A DNA stretch of 63,830 nt, the filler included, from Chiloscyllium plagiosum (lineage: Eukaryota), in the NCBI RefSeq assembly GCF_004010195.1. It is 3 parts of one record of this genome, joined end to end, with 100 filler letters (N's around TTAATTAATTAA, not from the genome) between each part and the next. Parts side by side here need not be neighbours in the genome. Positions count along the whole stretch, not along the records: positions 24,051 to 53,836 come from NC_057712.1; 2 more parts are not named here. One strand, written 5' to 3'. A program made the translations under genes and the position numbers. The stretch's first letter is position 1. Every line of letters starts with the position of its first letter. Below are positions 37,169 to 49,190 of the stretch, piece after piece. The notes below the pieces were generated by a model. That model was given only the letters and a program-made list of their open reading frames with translations. It was not told the DNA's origin and ran no database searches.

Positions 37169-38799
37169 CTTCCAAATAAAGCTGTTGGACTATAATTTGG
37201 TGTTATGTGATTTTTAACTTTGTACCCCCTAGCCCAACACCGGCACCTCCAAATCATGACTACTTTACTTAAAGTTTCTTACTTCTTTCTCTGACACTAA
37301 TGTATTAACTTGTACTTTTCAAATTACTCTAAGGAAACATATTTCAAAAATCTTTCCTCTGGAATCTGATTCTTTTCAGACTTCAGCACTCACCCAATGG
37401 TATTCTTTGGGTTTCTGTACTTAACATCTAAAGTTATGTTAAAAAGTCCACTTTAATTAGTTTACTTCAGTGACCTGATTCTAATCAAGGCTTAGTTCTT
37501 GCTGTGTGTAACTTCAAAAGACAATCTTGCTGTATTAATTCACTTCAAAGAGCTAAGTTAGCATGGCACCTGCAGATGCTACAAGATCTAAAATACACCT
37601 GTTGGATGTCTAATACAGTTCTAATATGTTCTTCCTGAAGTGAATAAGGCAGGAGTGTCACCTCCCTCTATCCTTTAATTGTATCCTACCTGCCCAATGC
37701 ACCAAACTTGGAATTCTTCTATACAGTACAGTGTTAAACTCTTAAATTTCTTGGAAAGCTTTGATCAATGTCAGCATTAGGATGTCATAAAGTTTTTGGT
37801 ATCACTTACTCATTCATTACGGTGAGTACCAATTTTCAGAGCTTGTAACTATTATTGTTCACAATTTATTCTATGCGTGATATGTGCTATGACAAGGAAG
37901 AATTTATATATAACGTAAACTGATATCTGGATTTTCACTCTCTTGAATATCACAAGAATTGATTTTCCTGGTCAACGTTTGTTTGGAAGTATTGGTTCTA
38001 GTAAATAGCATGTAGCCAACACACCACCCATCTGTTATTGAGGAGATTTCTCATGGGTGGGCTAGGAGGCTAGAGGACTGCTCATTTGGAGATTTCCCCT
38101 CCAACTCTTTTAGCACAACAGTCCAGGTCCTAGTTTTTAATCCTGAATGTGATGGCTGGAGAAGGTGCCTCCATGTTGAGACACTCCTACAGCAGCTTTC
38201 ATCTCTCCTTGGGGGGAGGGGTTGGGGAAGCCAAGGTTCCAGAGCTCCCAGATTTCTAATTGGATTAACAGGATTGAGAGCCCATGGCCAAGCTTACGGA
38301 TCGCAAGATTGGAGTCTCCCAATTTGGAGTCCATCTGTAGAAACTTTGTTCTGATGGCCTTCTTCCCTATAAGTGCAGACGTAACTTGGCCTTGATACCA
38401 GGGTTGTGAAGTCTTGTGATTTTTCTTTGTGAAGATAACTAATACAGAGGACCTGAGTGTCTTTCAAATTTTGGACTAGCTGCCATTGTAAATATAGATT
38501 TATAATAATCAAAGGCTAGAGTGAAAAATAACTGGGTCTTATTGTGCCCCTTTCTCAATCTTAATCTCAGTCTATCACTTTCCTCTTATCATGCTGTCAG
38601 ACAAATTACCCATTGAAGTTGCATTCCATAAGTAATAGCATAAGGCCTTCTCAGGATTTATACAAATATTTCACCATAATGTAGCTTGATTTCCTACTAT
38701 TTCAAATATGCTTCCCCTCACTGGTTTCCATTCTAGGATAAATGATTGCAGTCAATGTCCTTCCAACACTGGCTTATCTTGTTGCTCCGACATCCCCCA

Positions 38800-38960
38800 T
38801 ATCCCCCAATCTTAAGGTGTCATGGTGTTCCCTCAAGGACTTATTCTTGGTGCCCACATCATCTTCATTTATGTCCATCCCTTAGCAGATATTACCCCCA
38901 GAAAGTGGTTCACATGTGCATTCATGATTCCCAGTCATCTCTCCTCATCATCTGTCTCAA
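38800..38960 (+). pseudogene. L2 LINE RT remnant
   Basis: GGTGTTCCCTCAAGGA..ATTCTTGGTGCCC (GVPQGSILGP-like) and FHMCIHDSQ (FHxYADDTQ-like). Confidence 0.55.
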
Positions 38961-40438
38961 CAAAATGGAACAGATCAAGCAACTTAAAACTGGCATCTAT
39001 GAGCACTATATGCATCAACAGCCGTGGAATTGTACTCAAATAAAATCTACAGCATCAGGGCCTGGCATATCCACCACTCTCCCATTGCATTAAAACCTGG
39101 AGATCAACACTGATGCAATGAAATTACAGGAATGTATGCCAGAAGCAACATCAGGTATACCAAAAGCAAGGTTTCAACCTGCTGTATCTACAGTGTCCTA
39201 CCATTTGACATCCCTCATTCACCTCCCTCAATTACTTATATGTTTTTGTTTAAAGGTACCTTTATCTTTCCTCCTAATCTCTTTGGATACATTTTTATTC
39301 TGATTATGCCTCGAGAAGTTTTTCTGTGTGAACTCAAAGTATTTTTTGGTTTGTTCATAAACTGCTTTATTTTGTGATTGGAAGGACTAAACAGACAGTT
39401 CAAAGTATGATCAAAATTATTCACATTATGTACCGTTATAAAAATAAAGCTATCTCTCACACGTACACACACACATGCAGACTCGCGCACACACACAGAC
39501 ACACACTGGACAGCTGGGGAGATACTTATTAAACAAAGGAGGTAAATTGACTCTGATATCTGTCCGACTTATTATTTTGTGCTCTCAGCCTTTTAGCTGA
39601 CTTATGAGATTTATCAACACCAAGGAGCTAGAAAGTCTCTTGAATGTCATGACATTTCTAATGAGTGGAGTTTGGATTCTGTGCAAAATAACTGCTAATT
39701 TTGGGTCTGAGAGACAAGATTGTCATGCACTGTCCAGGGAGACTATTTCATTGTAGGCAATTATTACCCAAAACACATTCTGAAAACAAATGTTCCACTT
39801 CTTTTTCTGTAAATAAAAAGTCCACAGAATCCTGAACTATGACAGGAAGGCAGAAATCAATTATACTTAATGGGGTGAATACCACAAGAATGAAACTAGG
39901 CATGTGATTTACACAAGATTATTTTATTAGGAAGAAGGAATGTAGGGATGTATTTCTTTTGCTCTTCCCTGAGGCATGTTGGGAGGGGGGTAGGTCAATT
40001 AATCAGGGAGAATGGTGGTAGATGAGGACCCCACCAACATCCTGCTTCCACCCTGATTAAGTCTGTAGTGGTGAGGCCCAAGTGTGATCTCCTCACCTTG
40101 CACCCAACCACCCATCACCCCCACCCAAACTATCAATTCAGGCCCCTCAGGGAAAATTAATGCCTAATTAAGGGCCTTTTCCTATCACAGCTTGAATTGT
40201 CTTAATGCAGAATTGCCCATCACCACTAGAGGGACCCGACATGCAATCTTGTGAGAGCTGATTGCAGTCTCTGAGAGACGGTGGGGAGGTGTCAAATATC
40301 CACCTTTCAAAGGCATTAGTGCCTAACCCAGAAGAAAATGTAAAACTGGTGAATGAGATACACTGATCCGATTCATCTGGTGTACTTCCAAATGGCTGAC
40401 TAGTAAGTTCATTTCCAAGGCTTACTGGATTTTTACTG

Positions 40439-40546
40439 ATTTGGAGGTGCTAGTGTTGAACTGGTGTGTACAAAGTTAAAAATCACACAACACCAGGTTA
40501 TAGTCCAACAGGTTTATTTGGAAACACTAGCTTCCTGCATCAGGTG
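40439..40546 (-). mobile_element. Family B mini-PLE, hammerhead stem II deleted
   Basis: Matches 37134-37255 in reverse; TSD GGATTTT(T)ACTG (40427-40438 / 40547-40557). Confidence 0.7.
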
Positions 40547-41569
40547 GGATTTTACTGTATATTTTCCTTCTGAGCTGATTGAGGGACATTGTATTGGGAA
40601 GGAAATAGATAACACTGCAAACATACCTGTTCTTGCCACACCCCCATCCCTCTCAAATCCCATCTTGCAAAACCTCATCCACCTTCATTCAACATTGGCC
40701 TATGCCGCCACACACTAGCAGCAGCCCTCCAATGGGTACCATTCTGGTGGAACTGAGGAGCAATTAGCCACTGGCTCTGATTGATTGGCTGCTCTCAGCA
40801 GGCAGGCACCTTCAGCTACCTTGGAAGACCATTGGGGATTTTTCAATTGCCTGACTGGCACATTACAGTAGCTGGCTTTCCCTGAAGGGGGCAATGTGGG
40901 TCTCTTGGACAGAAGGGTCTGTTTCCATGCTGTACATCTCTATGACTCTATGACTCTCCCAGTGATGGCTATGACTCCTGTTACCTTTACAACTATCGTC
41001 CCATTATTTCACTGATGTACAATGTGAGATCAAAACAAAGGCTATGCATGAATACTGTTCTACAATTTGTGCTGCCTTGTGCTGAAGAGATACTGCAGTT
41101 TAAATGAGCTTTGACATGTGGACAGAACACTTGATGTAGGCAAATGTTTTGCAATGCTTGTCACACCAAGGGAAAACAAGAGTTAAGACCAGTTAGTTTG
41201 AATTGCATGTGTTATTACCACATGGGAGAGAAACTCTGTACGGGTGATTGTCCAGCAAAGGCAAATAATGATGTCTGTGTGCCAAGTGCAGTAATTTATT
41301 CTGGAGCTGTCCGTCATCCAACTATAAACCTCTGTATAAATAGCCAATGAAAATTATGACTCTGGTACTAAAACCCATAAAATACAAAGCAATATAATGT
41401 ATAGCTCTTTACTGAAATAGAAACTACTCTGATGACACATATATTTACTATATCCGAACAACACAGCTTAGGTTCAGTGATCAGCAATAAACTAATGACA
41501 AAGACATATTTTCAGGTTGTACCGGTTCAAGTTATTGTTGATCTTGTTATCCATGGGCATTATTGCTGA

Positions 41570-42110
41570 TCTAAGTCCATAGAATGCCACAGAATTGCTA
41601 ATTTAAACAGGTCATTTGACCCATTGCGCATGTTGAAAGAACTATCCAATTAATCTCACTTCCCTGTTCTTTCCGTCTAGCTCTGAATTTGTTTCCCCTT
41701 TTTTAAGAATCTAATCAATTCTTAATTACTTTGCATTTGCTGTCATTAACATTTCCAGCAGTGCTTTACCCAACATATCAATTCATTGTGTCAATAATTT
41801 ACTATTCATCTCCATTGTGTTTTTTTGGTAATTACCCTGAATCTGTGACCTCTGATTACCAATCCTTCTACCACTAATATTGTTTTTTCTTTATATATTC
41901 TTTCAATACTGTCCATGATTTTGGACATTTCTATCAACTCTCTTGTAATTTATCTCCTGAAGAGAACAGCTCCTATAACTCAAGTATCTCCATGTGACTG
42001 ACATTCCTTATCCTGATACTATTTTCATAACTCCTTTTGCATTCTCTCTAAGGACCTGATGCCCCCTTACTAAAATATGGTGCTCAGAATTCAACATAAT
42101 TTAGTTTCAG
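41570..42110 (-). mobile_element. Old CR1 3' fragment
   Basis: CATAGAAT...AACAGGTCATTTGACCC tail; AAATATGGTGCTCAGAATT. Confidence 0.45.
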
Positions 42111-42549
42111 CACACCCATAATTTTCTAACTAAATATAGGATGGGCTTGCAAATTGGCTTTGGAATTATTACATTTGGCTGAACAGTGAATAACCATAGC
42201 ATTGACAATCTGTTGTTACTAATTTTGAATTTTGAGTGAAATTCTATCAGTTTCTATTAATTCCATATGATGCAGATTTTTAAAAACAATTCTGGGTAAT
42301 TTTATTTATATCCTTGTTGTATAAGGTAATTGTTCTGAGGGGGCAATCTTGGGATTAATACTGATCATCTGGGAACATACTATATGGATTCAACAGTGCA
42401 GATCTAACCTCAATCACGAGAAGAAATCCAGAAGGCCCAGAAAAAAAAATCAAACAAGTGAGTTTAACATTTTAAGGACATGACAACTTCAAGAAGTCAC
42501 AAATAGTCATTTAGCAGCTGGAATATGATTATCAACATAGTCAATTCGT

Positions 42550-42761
42550 CATAGTCTTACCATAGGGCTGCTCTCAGTTTAGAGAGAGAGAGAGAGAGAG
42601 AGGGACACGACTGATGGTGATTTAACCTGAGGGTCACCACAACGAGTCAAGGGGAGAGGTTGAGAAGAATTCTTCATGATAAACCCACTTGATGTGGGGA
42701 TTGAATCCACTCTGTTGGCATTATGCTGCTCTGTAGACCAATTGTCCAACCAACGGAGCTA
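42550..42761 (-). mobile_element. tRNA-derived SINE with (GA)n tract
   Basis: Minus strand TAGCTCCGTTGGTTGG (A box) and GGATTCAATCCC (B box); (AG)n at 42581-42602. Confidence 0.5.
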
Positions 42762-43799
42762 TGGAAAAATAGCAGCAGTAATGGAACCAGAAAAAAAGGC
42801 AAACTCAGCAGTTGAAAGGCAAAACTTCATTCAGAAGTTGTGAAGGTGTGCTGAGATAAGAGTGCGGGCTAGGAAAACAGGAAAAGTGAAGCCATACTGA
42901 GAAAAAGCCCAAGGCCTGAGTGAAGAGGTTGTTGTAAAGAGGAAGTGAAGGCTCCAGGAGGTAAGTTAGAGATACCTAAAGGAACAGGGAATAAGTTAAT
43001 GAAAAACAGCAAAGGACCAGAAAGTAAAGGCAAGGAAATGTAAGAGTTCTCATTTTTCACAATAAGCAACATTGCAAATTGACATTTGGCTCCTCGAGGC
43101 ATGGCTGCAAGATGAAATAGACATTTAGATTGGAGCTCCAGAATTGGGATGGCCAAGAAATTTATTCAAACTGAAAATAAGCAAATTTAAGGAAATCTAG
43201 TGAAGGAGTCCTGCAGATGAAGACAAATCGGGAAAAAAGATACATTTAAAAGGACTGAAATGCCATAATTAAGCCATTATTTCAGCAGGAGGGTTTATAA
43301 AATCTGCAACTGGAGAAATCGACTAAAGAATTTGTGTAGAAGCAAGTGATGATGTTTTAGATCATGAAAGATAGGAAGATATGCATTTTTCCCAGGAAGA
43401 AGAGAAAAATGTCAGTTTTGACTGCAGAAGACAGGAAAACCTTAGACCATTTGTTCATTTAAAAGATCGTAGAACCCAGTAAATAATACAAAGATGCAGA
43501 ATTACAAAGAAACATATTTCCAAAGCTTGATAACAGTAATATCTGCAAAACAGCCAGTAGTAGGATTGGAGGATTTGACAGAGTTTACAGAAAAAAAATG
43601 GGGTGAATATTATGGATGATGAAATTATTGCAATTTGAATGGAGCTGCACTTTGCAAATGGTTGCTTTGTGATTTGGTTCTCCAAAGTATTAGTGTCCAA
43701 CAAACAGGGATTCCACACTTTTGCCCATGAAATTGCCACTTACTCTGTCCTGGGTATTGTCCTGTTATTTCCTGTTGGCATGTTGCATCTAGAGAACAC

Positions 43800-45100
43800 T
43801 AAGTGAATGGCAGGGATCACAACACATAGTGGGCACCATCACACCAGGTTTTGCCTGGTGACCATGTACCCCACAGTGCTCCCAGGTCTCTCACACTACT
43901 CCCATTTTTATCGATCCCCCAAGTGGAGATCAACCACATTGAATTTCATCTGCACTTGGCCTTCCTGTCTCCTTAACCTTGGTATTACACCTCAATAGAA
44001 CTCATCCTGATCCTCTTTACTTCCCTTGTGGAAGCCACAGTGGTGCTCACTGCCATTAATATCCATTCATGCCTTCCATGCCCTCGAATGCTATTCCGAA
44101 TACCTTTAATACACCAGGAGTCCTGACACATCGCTGTGTCACCTCTGCAAATGCCTCTGTTTTACCATCCTCTCTGTGAATCTTAACTCTTCCACGTCAT
44201 TTGACAATGATTCCCTGCTGTCCCTACAAGCCTCCTTTGCATCCTCCTAAGTGATTGATGGATGGACTTTCGGGACTGCATTCATGCCAGGTTTCTGACT
44301 GACTTTAATTAGCAGCCCTTCGACATGAGTGACCAGACACCAAACTGTTGTCTTTCCATCTCCCAGACTGATGATGTGTGATTTCTCTTTCTGCTGGCCT
44401 CACTGGACTGATCGTTGCTCATTCTCCAGACTGCAGCTGGACAAATCCCCTAACTGTGGCCAAGCCTCTGGATTGAGTGTGGATTGTACCTGTGACTAAT
44501 GGTACTGGTTCTCTCTGATTGACAATGACCCTATTGACTGAACTGAGGAATGGCTCCCACCAGGTTTTCAATGTGGCCACTTGATTGAGTAAATGAGTCC
44601 GCCGTGCAGGCAGCTGATATTTCCTACAAGTGTTAGATTGACATCTCAGTGTGCTGTATAGAAAGACAATTCCCACCTTGGGACAAATTCCTATTGACAA
44701 GCAGCCCCTCTGTAATTGTGCAAAATAGAACATCACTATAGCAATGCAGATGGTCTTTAGGCATTGGCCAAAGCAGCAATAGGCTAAAGATCATGGCGTG
44801 GTATAGCACAGCAAGGCAAAGCCTGGATGCTGTGAGAATGAAGGTAGATGTTAAGTCAGCAAGTAGCAAGAGAGCAAGTGAACAGCCCTGAGATGCAGCC
44901 CGGTCCAATGTATAATCAGGATGCCTGTCTCTACACACAAAGTGTCCCTGCTGCAGCCATTCAATCTTAGTTTCTGGTGTGCCCTGCATTGCAAGTCTGT
45001 GTTTGTTGTATGCAGTGCCAGAATGCATTACTTGTCAAGCCTATGCAGAGAATAAGCAAAACAACTGATGCTCAGACTCAGTGGAAATGCGGCAGGATGC
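43800..45100 (-). mobile_element. Possible Harbinger relic (transposase plus Myb/SANT-like fragments)
   Basis: RGLATVRGFVQLQ resembles GF..I.GFP.VQ; AAGTGCAGATGAAATTCAAT resembles QCRKKFN. Confidence 0.3.
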
Positions 45101-45879
45101 TCAGAGCTCAGGGCTGCATACATTGTTCAACCATAACAAAAGAACATTGCATTTGCAAAATTATAGCTCACTTCCAGAAGATTTGCAGAAGTTGGCATAC
45201 TTTTAGAACAGCAGAAGTATCAGTGATCACATATGTAAAGAAGTCGAGATCCATCACCATCCCAAAACATACCTGCATTGGATGTAATACCTCTATTTGA
45301 GAATATAATCAAGGCATTCCTTGGGGAGCTATGCACAGAAGTGAATTGAAAATGCATATGCTGTTCACAATCCACTAGCTTCACTTTTGATCTGCACACA
45401 TCTCAATGTCAAATACATGAGAGGAACTATATCCCAGAGAACAACTTATCCAAAACCTACAGCTATACAAACACTGACCCATGGCAAAACTATATTGACC
45501 AACCAGTCAGGGAGCAACCAGTAGAAGACTTCATTAGGTTTCCCAGATGTATGGCTTGACTCAAATCTCAGAAAAAAATCCAGTGAGCCAACTTATGTTG
45601 GCCTACGCCAGCTGCTTGACATTCTTAATGTAAAGGAAGTCACAGATTTGACAGAACTGGTGGAAATGTTCAATCATCTGTTTCTAAAACAGTCAATACC
45701 AGTGACAGGAATAATGTTGGTCTTTCAGTAACTCCATTGATTGTATGAAAACATTTACTTCACAAAACTGAGATCAAATGTCCTCTAGATGAGGGAATAG
45801 ACCAATAATAAGGTCTACAAAAGCAGTGTCCTCCACAAAGGAGATGATAATCGATCCAAGTATTTAGAAGATGCCTTTT

Positions 45880-46190
45880 GAAGCTTGGTGTGTTGCTGCA
45901 ATGCATCTTGTAGGTGGTACACTCTACTGACAAAAAACACAGCAGTGGATCCAATGAATGTTGAAGGTGATGAAAGGGATGTCAATCATGTGGGCTGCTT
46001 TGTCTGGAATGGTGTCAAGCTTCTTGGGAGTTACATTCTACTGGTCAAGTGGAGGGTATTCTAACACATTGCTGACTGCCGCCAAGGAGATGGGTTTAGA
46101 CAGTCACCATAGAGTTCCTCCCCTCAAAATGTAGTCATTGTATATACAGTTCATTTTCTTGTTAATGGTAATCTTTAGAATATTGATGTA
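45880..46190 (-). mobile_element. L2/CR1-group LINE fragment
   Basis: Reverse-complement similarity to 10830-11000. Confidence 0.5.
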
Positions 46191-48203
46191 TGCAAAAGCA
46201 TGAAAAATTCTAAGCTACCAGCCTGAAATGGATGAGAAGAACTTTCAGCACAGGAAATTAATTACCCTTCTTTTGCATAGATAATTTTCTTGCACCAAGG
46301 AGGATTAACTTGTTTCTCATTTAGATTTATACATCAGTAATGTCAAATTATATTGTGCAATATTAGTAATGAATGGGTTAATCTTCTCATATAAAACTGC
46401 TTTACCAAATGCTTTAAAGGGATTAACTCTGCCTTGGTAAATTGGGTGGCAGAGAAATTTTGGACCAACACACTAACACATCCTCCACTCATACCGCACT
46501 GGATAATTTTTCTCCCCATGTGAACTATCCTTCTCAAACGTAGAGATTCCTTCTACATATTCATTATTTTGGAAAGTGGGGGAGGAGTCTGAATTGATCT
46601 GAATATCTGGCTTCCGAATTTGCATTATGCAATAACATTTATGCCGGGTAAACACTGAAAAGGGTTTGGACCATTCAAGCCTGGTGTTGTTGCTATCATC
46701 CCTCCGTGCAATTAAGATAAAATTTTAAAAATAAATCAGAGTGGCTCTGCTGCCACCTGCCTTATGGCTCGAGGGCACTTTAAAAGCAACGGTGAATGCT
46801 GTGATATAATACACTACTGAACCTTAATTACAGCATCTGGCTCCGGATAAATAATTAATTATGCAAAACCCAAGCAGCTGGCATGGAACAGACTCAACTG
46901 ACTTTCTGTCAGCATCACCCCCTGTTCTGTCGGGGATAAAGGGATTTAGGAGTTAAGCTCTTTAACTGCTGTCCCACGCTCCTGTGAGGCCTGTGTCTGC
47001 ACTGAAACCACCATGGCCCCTCTCTTAGCTAGGTGGCACCATGAATGTTATTCGAATCTCCTTGTAACAAGAGGTCCCCAACCTCTCAAAGGGAAACAGT
47101 TCAGGAGATTACTTGCGATATTCCTTCCCGATGAATGGGAAGCCAGAATGGAAATTTTTAAGAGGACACAGACTAAAGCAGAATGTTTCTTTCTTCTCCC
47201 TTGTGCTAATTCAAGTTTGAACTCTGGGTTGAATAGCTGGGATGAATAACACTGGCTTTTTGTCTCCAAACCCTCCCTTTAAAGTGTGGCCCTAAGATGT
47301 TGTCTCTATTCTAAAATAGAACACAGAGACCATTCCAAAAGCATAATGGATCACCAGTCCAAATCAAAGGCCAGGGGCGCACAATCTGAAACTGGTGTCA
47401 ATAAAAGTTCAGCCATTTCTCTCCTCGCGAATTTTGAAGATGTTATGGTGAGGATTCCTTTGTCTCCCCACTTTTGGCAACAACATACATGTGGCTTCCT
47501 GTACATTTTCAGTTTTGTTCAGATTTCTTTCGTTTTATTGGAAATTGTGAACATGTTGTAAAAGAATGCATCTGTGATTTTTGCAAAAACATGAAAAAGG
47601 AAATTTTTGTACGGGCAATAAAAACTGATGGTTAGCTGTTGATAGTCATAAACACATAGGTTAATTCTAACTTGGGATTCGTGTTCAGAGGATGGGTTCT
47701 ATGAAACTGAAAAATGAAAGAGGATTTTCTAATCTGCAACATTTTGGGGCATTCATCTGCTTGGCAGTGTTATTGTGAAGAGGACACTAACTGTTTATTT
47801 CAAAATGATTTTGAAGCTGGTTATGCTCTCACAACAAAAGCCTTGATTTTTCACAATTTCTAGAACTATTCTAGTACCCATTCTGCACCAATTTCAATCA
47901 TCTCTTCGGCAGCCTATACCTAGGCACCACAGAATTCTGTCTACCCTCATGAAATATCAAACAATGGCAGATTCAATGTCAGTGATTTTCTGATCCAGTT
48001 TGCATTGCCATGAACAAGAATGACCCCATCAACATGCATTTAAAAAATAAACCCTACCTTCCTCAGGCAACTGGCATCAAAGTTTCAGACAGTACATGTT
48101 CTACCCATGCAACTACCACTGTTTAATCTTTTTTCAAGTATGCAAGCGATTGCTTTATGCCTGTGATTCCTTTTATATGGTTGGGCGGGTGCAGTAATTT
48201 AAA

Positions 48204-48498
48204 GATTAGATTCTCTACAGTATGGAAAAAGGCCCTTCAGCCCAACAAGTCCACATTGACCCTCCGAAAAGTAACCCACTCAGACCCATTCACTTCCCCT
48301 GACTAAAGCACCTAACACTATGGGCAATTAGCATGGCCAATTCACCTGACCTGCACAAATTTGGATTTTGGGAGGAAATCCACACAGACACAGGGAGAAT
48401 GTGTAAACTCCACACAGACAGTCGCCCGAGGCAGGAATCAAACCTGGGTCCTTGGCGCTCTGAGGTAGCAGTGTTAACCACTGAGCCACCATGCCACC
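48204..48498 (-). mobile_element. HE1-like V-SINE
   Basis: Collinear with 23061-23371. Confidence 0.85.
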
Positions 48499-48767
48499 TT
48501 AAGAGACTGATTTGTACAAGGCCTGCACATGGATATTGTGTTGCTGCTTGGCTCAGAGAGATCTTTGGTTACCACCTGCAACTCAGTGTCAATCAAATGC
48601 AGAGTAATCAGTAGGAGTTGTAATGGAGCTTCTGGAATAGAGAAACCTATGCAAATTGCAAGATTTTTCAAGTTTCACTGTGCTCTCAGTAATGAAGAAA
48701 GTCAAATTGAGAAAAGTCTGCTCATTATAAGGCTGGACTGTGTTTTAAAACATGTTGATGTCAATAT

Positions 48768-48932
48768 GACTCAGTGGTAGCACTCACACAAGTGAGTTGG
48801 AAGATTGTTGGTGCATTTTCAAAATGGAGGTCGATACTTCAGTAATGAAGGAGTGCTGACTGTAGGAGATGCTGTCTCTCAAATGAGATTTCTTTGCAGG
48901 CATTGCTGTCCTCTCAGGTGGCCATAAAAAAT
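48768..48932 (+). mobile_element. DeuSINE-like 5' part (Deu domain)
   Basis: GGAGTGCTGACTGTAGGAGATGCTGTCT...GAGA...CCTCTCAGGTGG.CATAAAA resembles the Deu domain; a possible tail GCACTTTGGGATGTCCTAAGGTTGTGAAAG lies at ~50304-50333. Confidence 0.5.
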
Positions 48933-48935
48933 CTG

Positions 48936-49190
48936 GGTGGCACAGTGACTCAGTGGTTAGCACTACTGCCCCATAGCATCTGGGTTTGATTCTAGCGTAA
49001 GGTGACTGTTTGCATGTTCTCCCCAAGCCTTCGTAGGTCTCTTCCCTGTGCTCTGGTTTCCTCCCACAGTCCAGAGTTGTGCAAGTTTGTGGATGGCCTT
49101 GCAAAATTTCTCAGTTCAGAGATCTGCAGGCTCGGTGGTTTAACTGTGGTGAATGTGAGTTGGTCAGATGGGTTGCACTTCAGAGGGTCA
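48936..49190 (+). mobile_element. Degenerate HE1-like SINE
   Basis: GGGTGGCACAGTGACTCAGTGGTTAGCACT head; GGTTTCCTCCCACAGTCC. Confidence 0.7.

Larger units (their letters stand above)
33688..37259 (+). mobile_element. Neptune-type Penelope-like retroelement (family B) with inverted 5' pLTR
   Basis: 33706-34340 is an inverted copy of the 3' end; RT plus GIY-YIG at 34340-36301; (CA)-rich 3' UTR; 13-bp TSD CTACTTTACTTAA (33653-33665 / 37260-37272). Confidence 0.9.
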
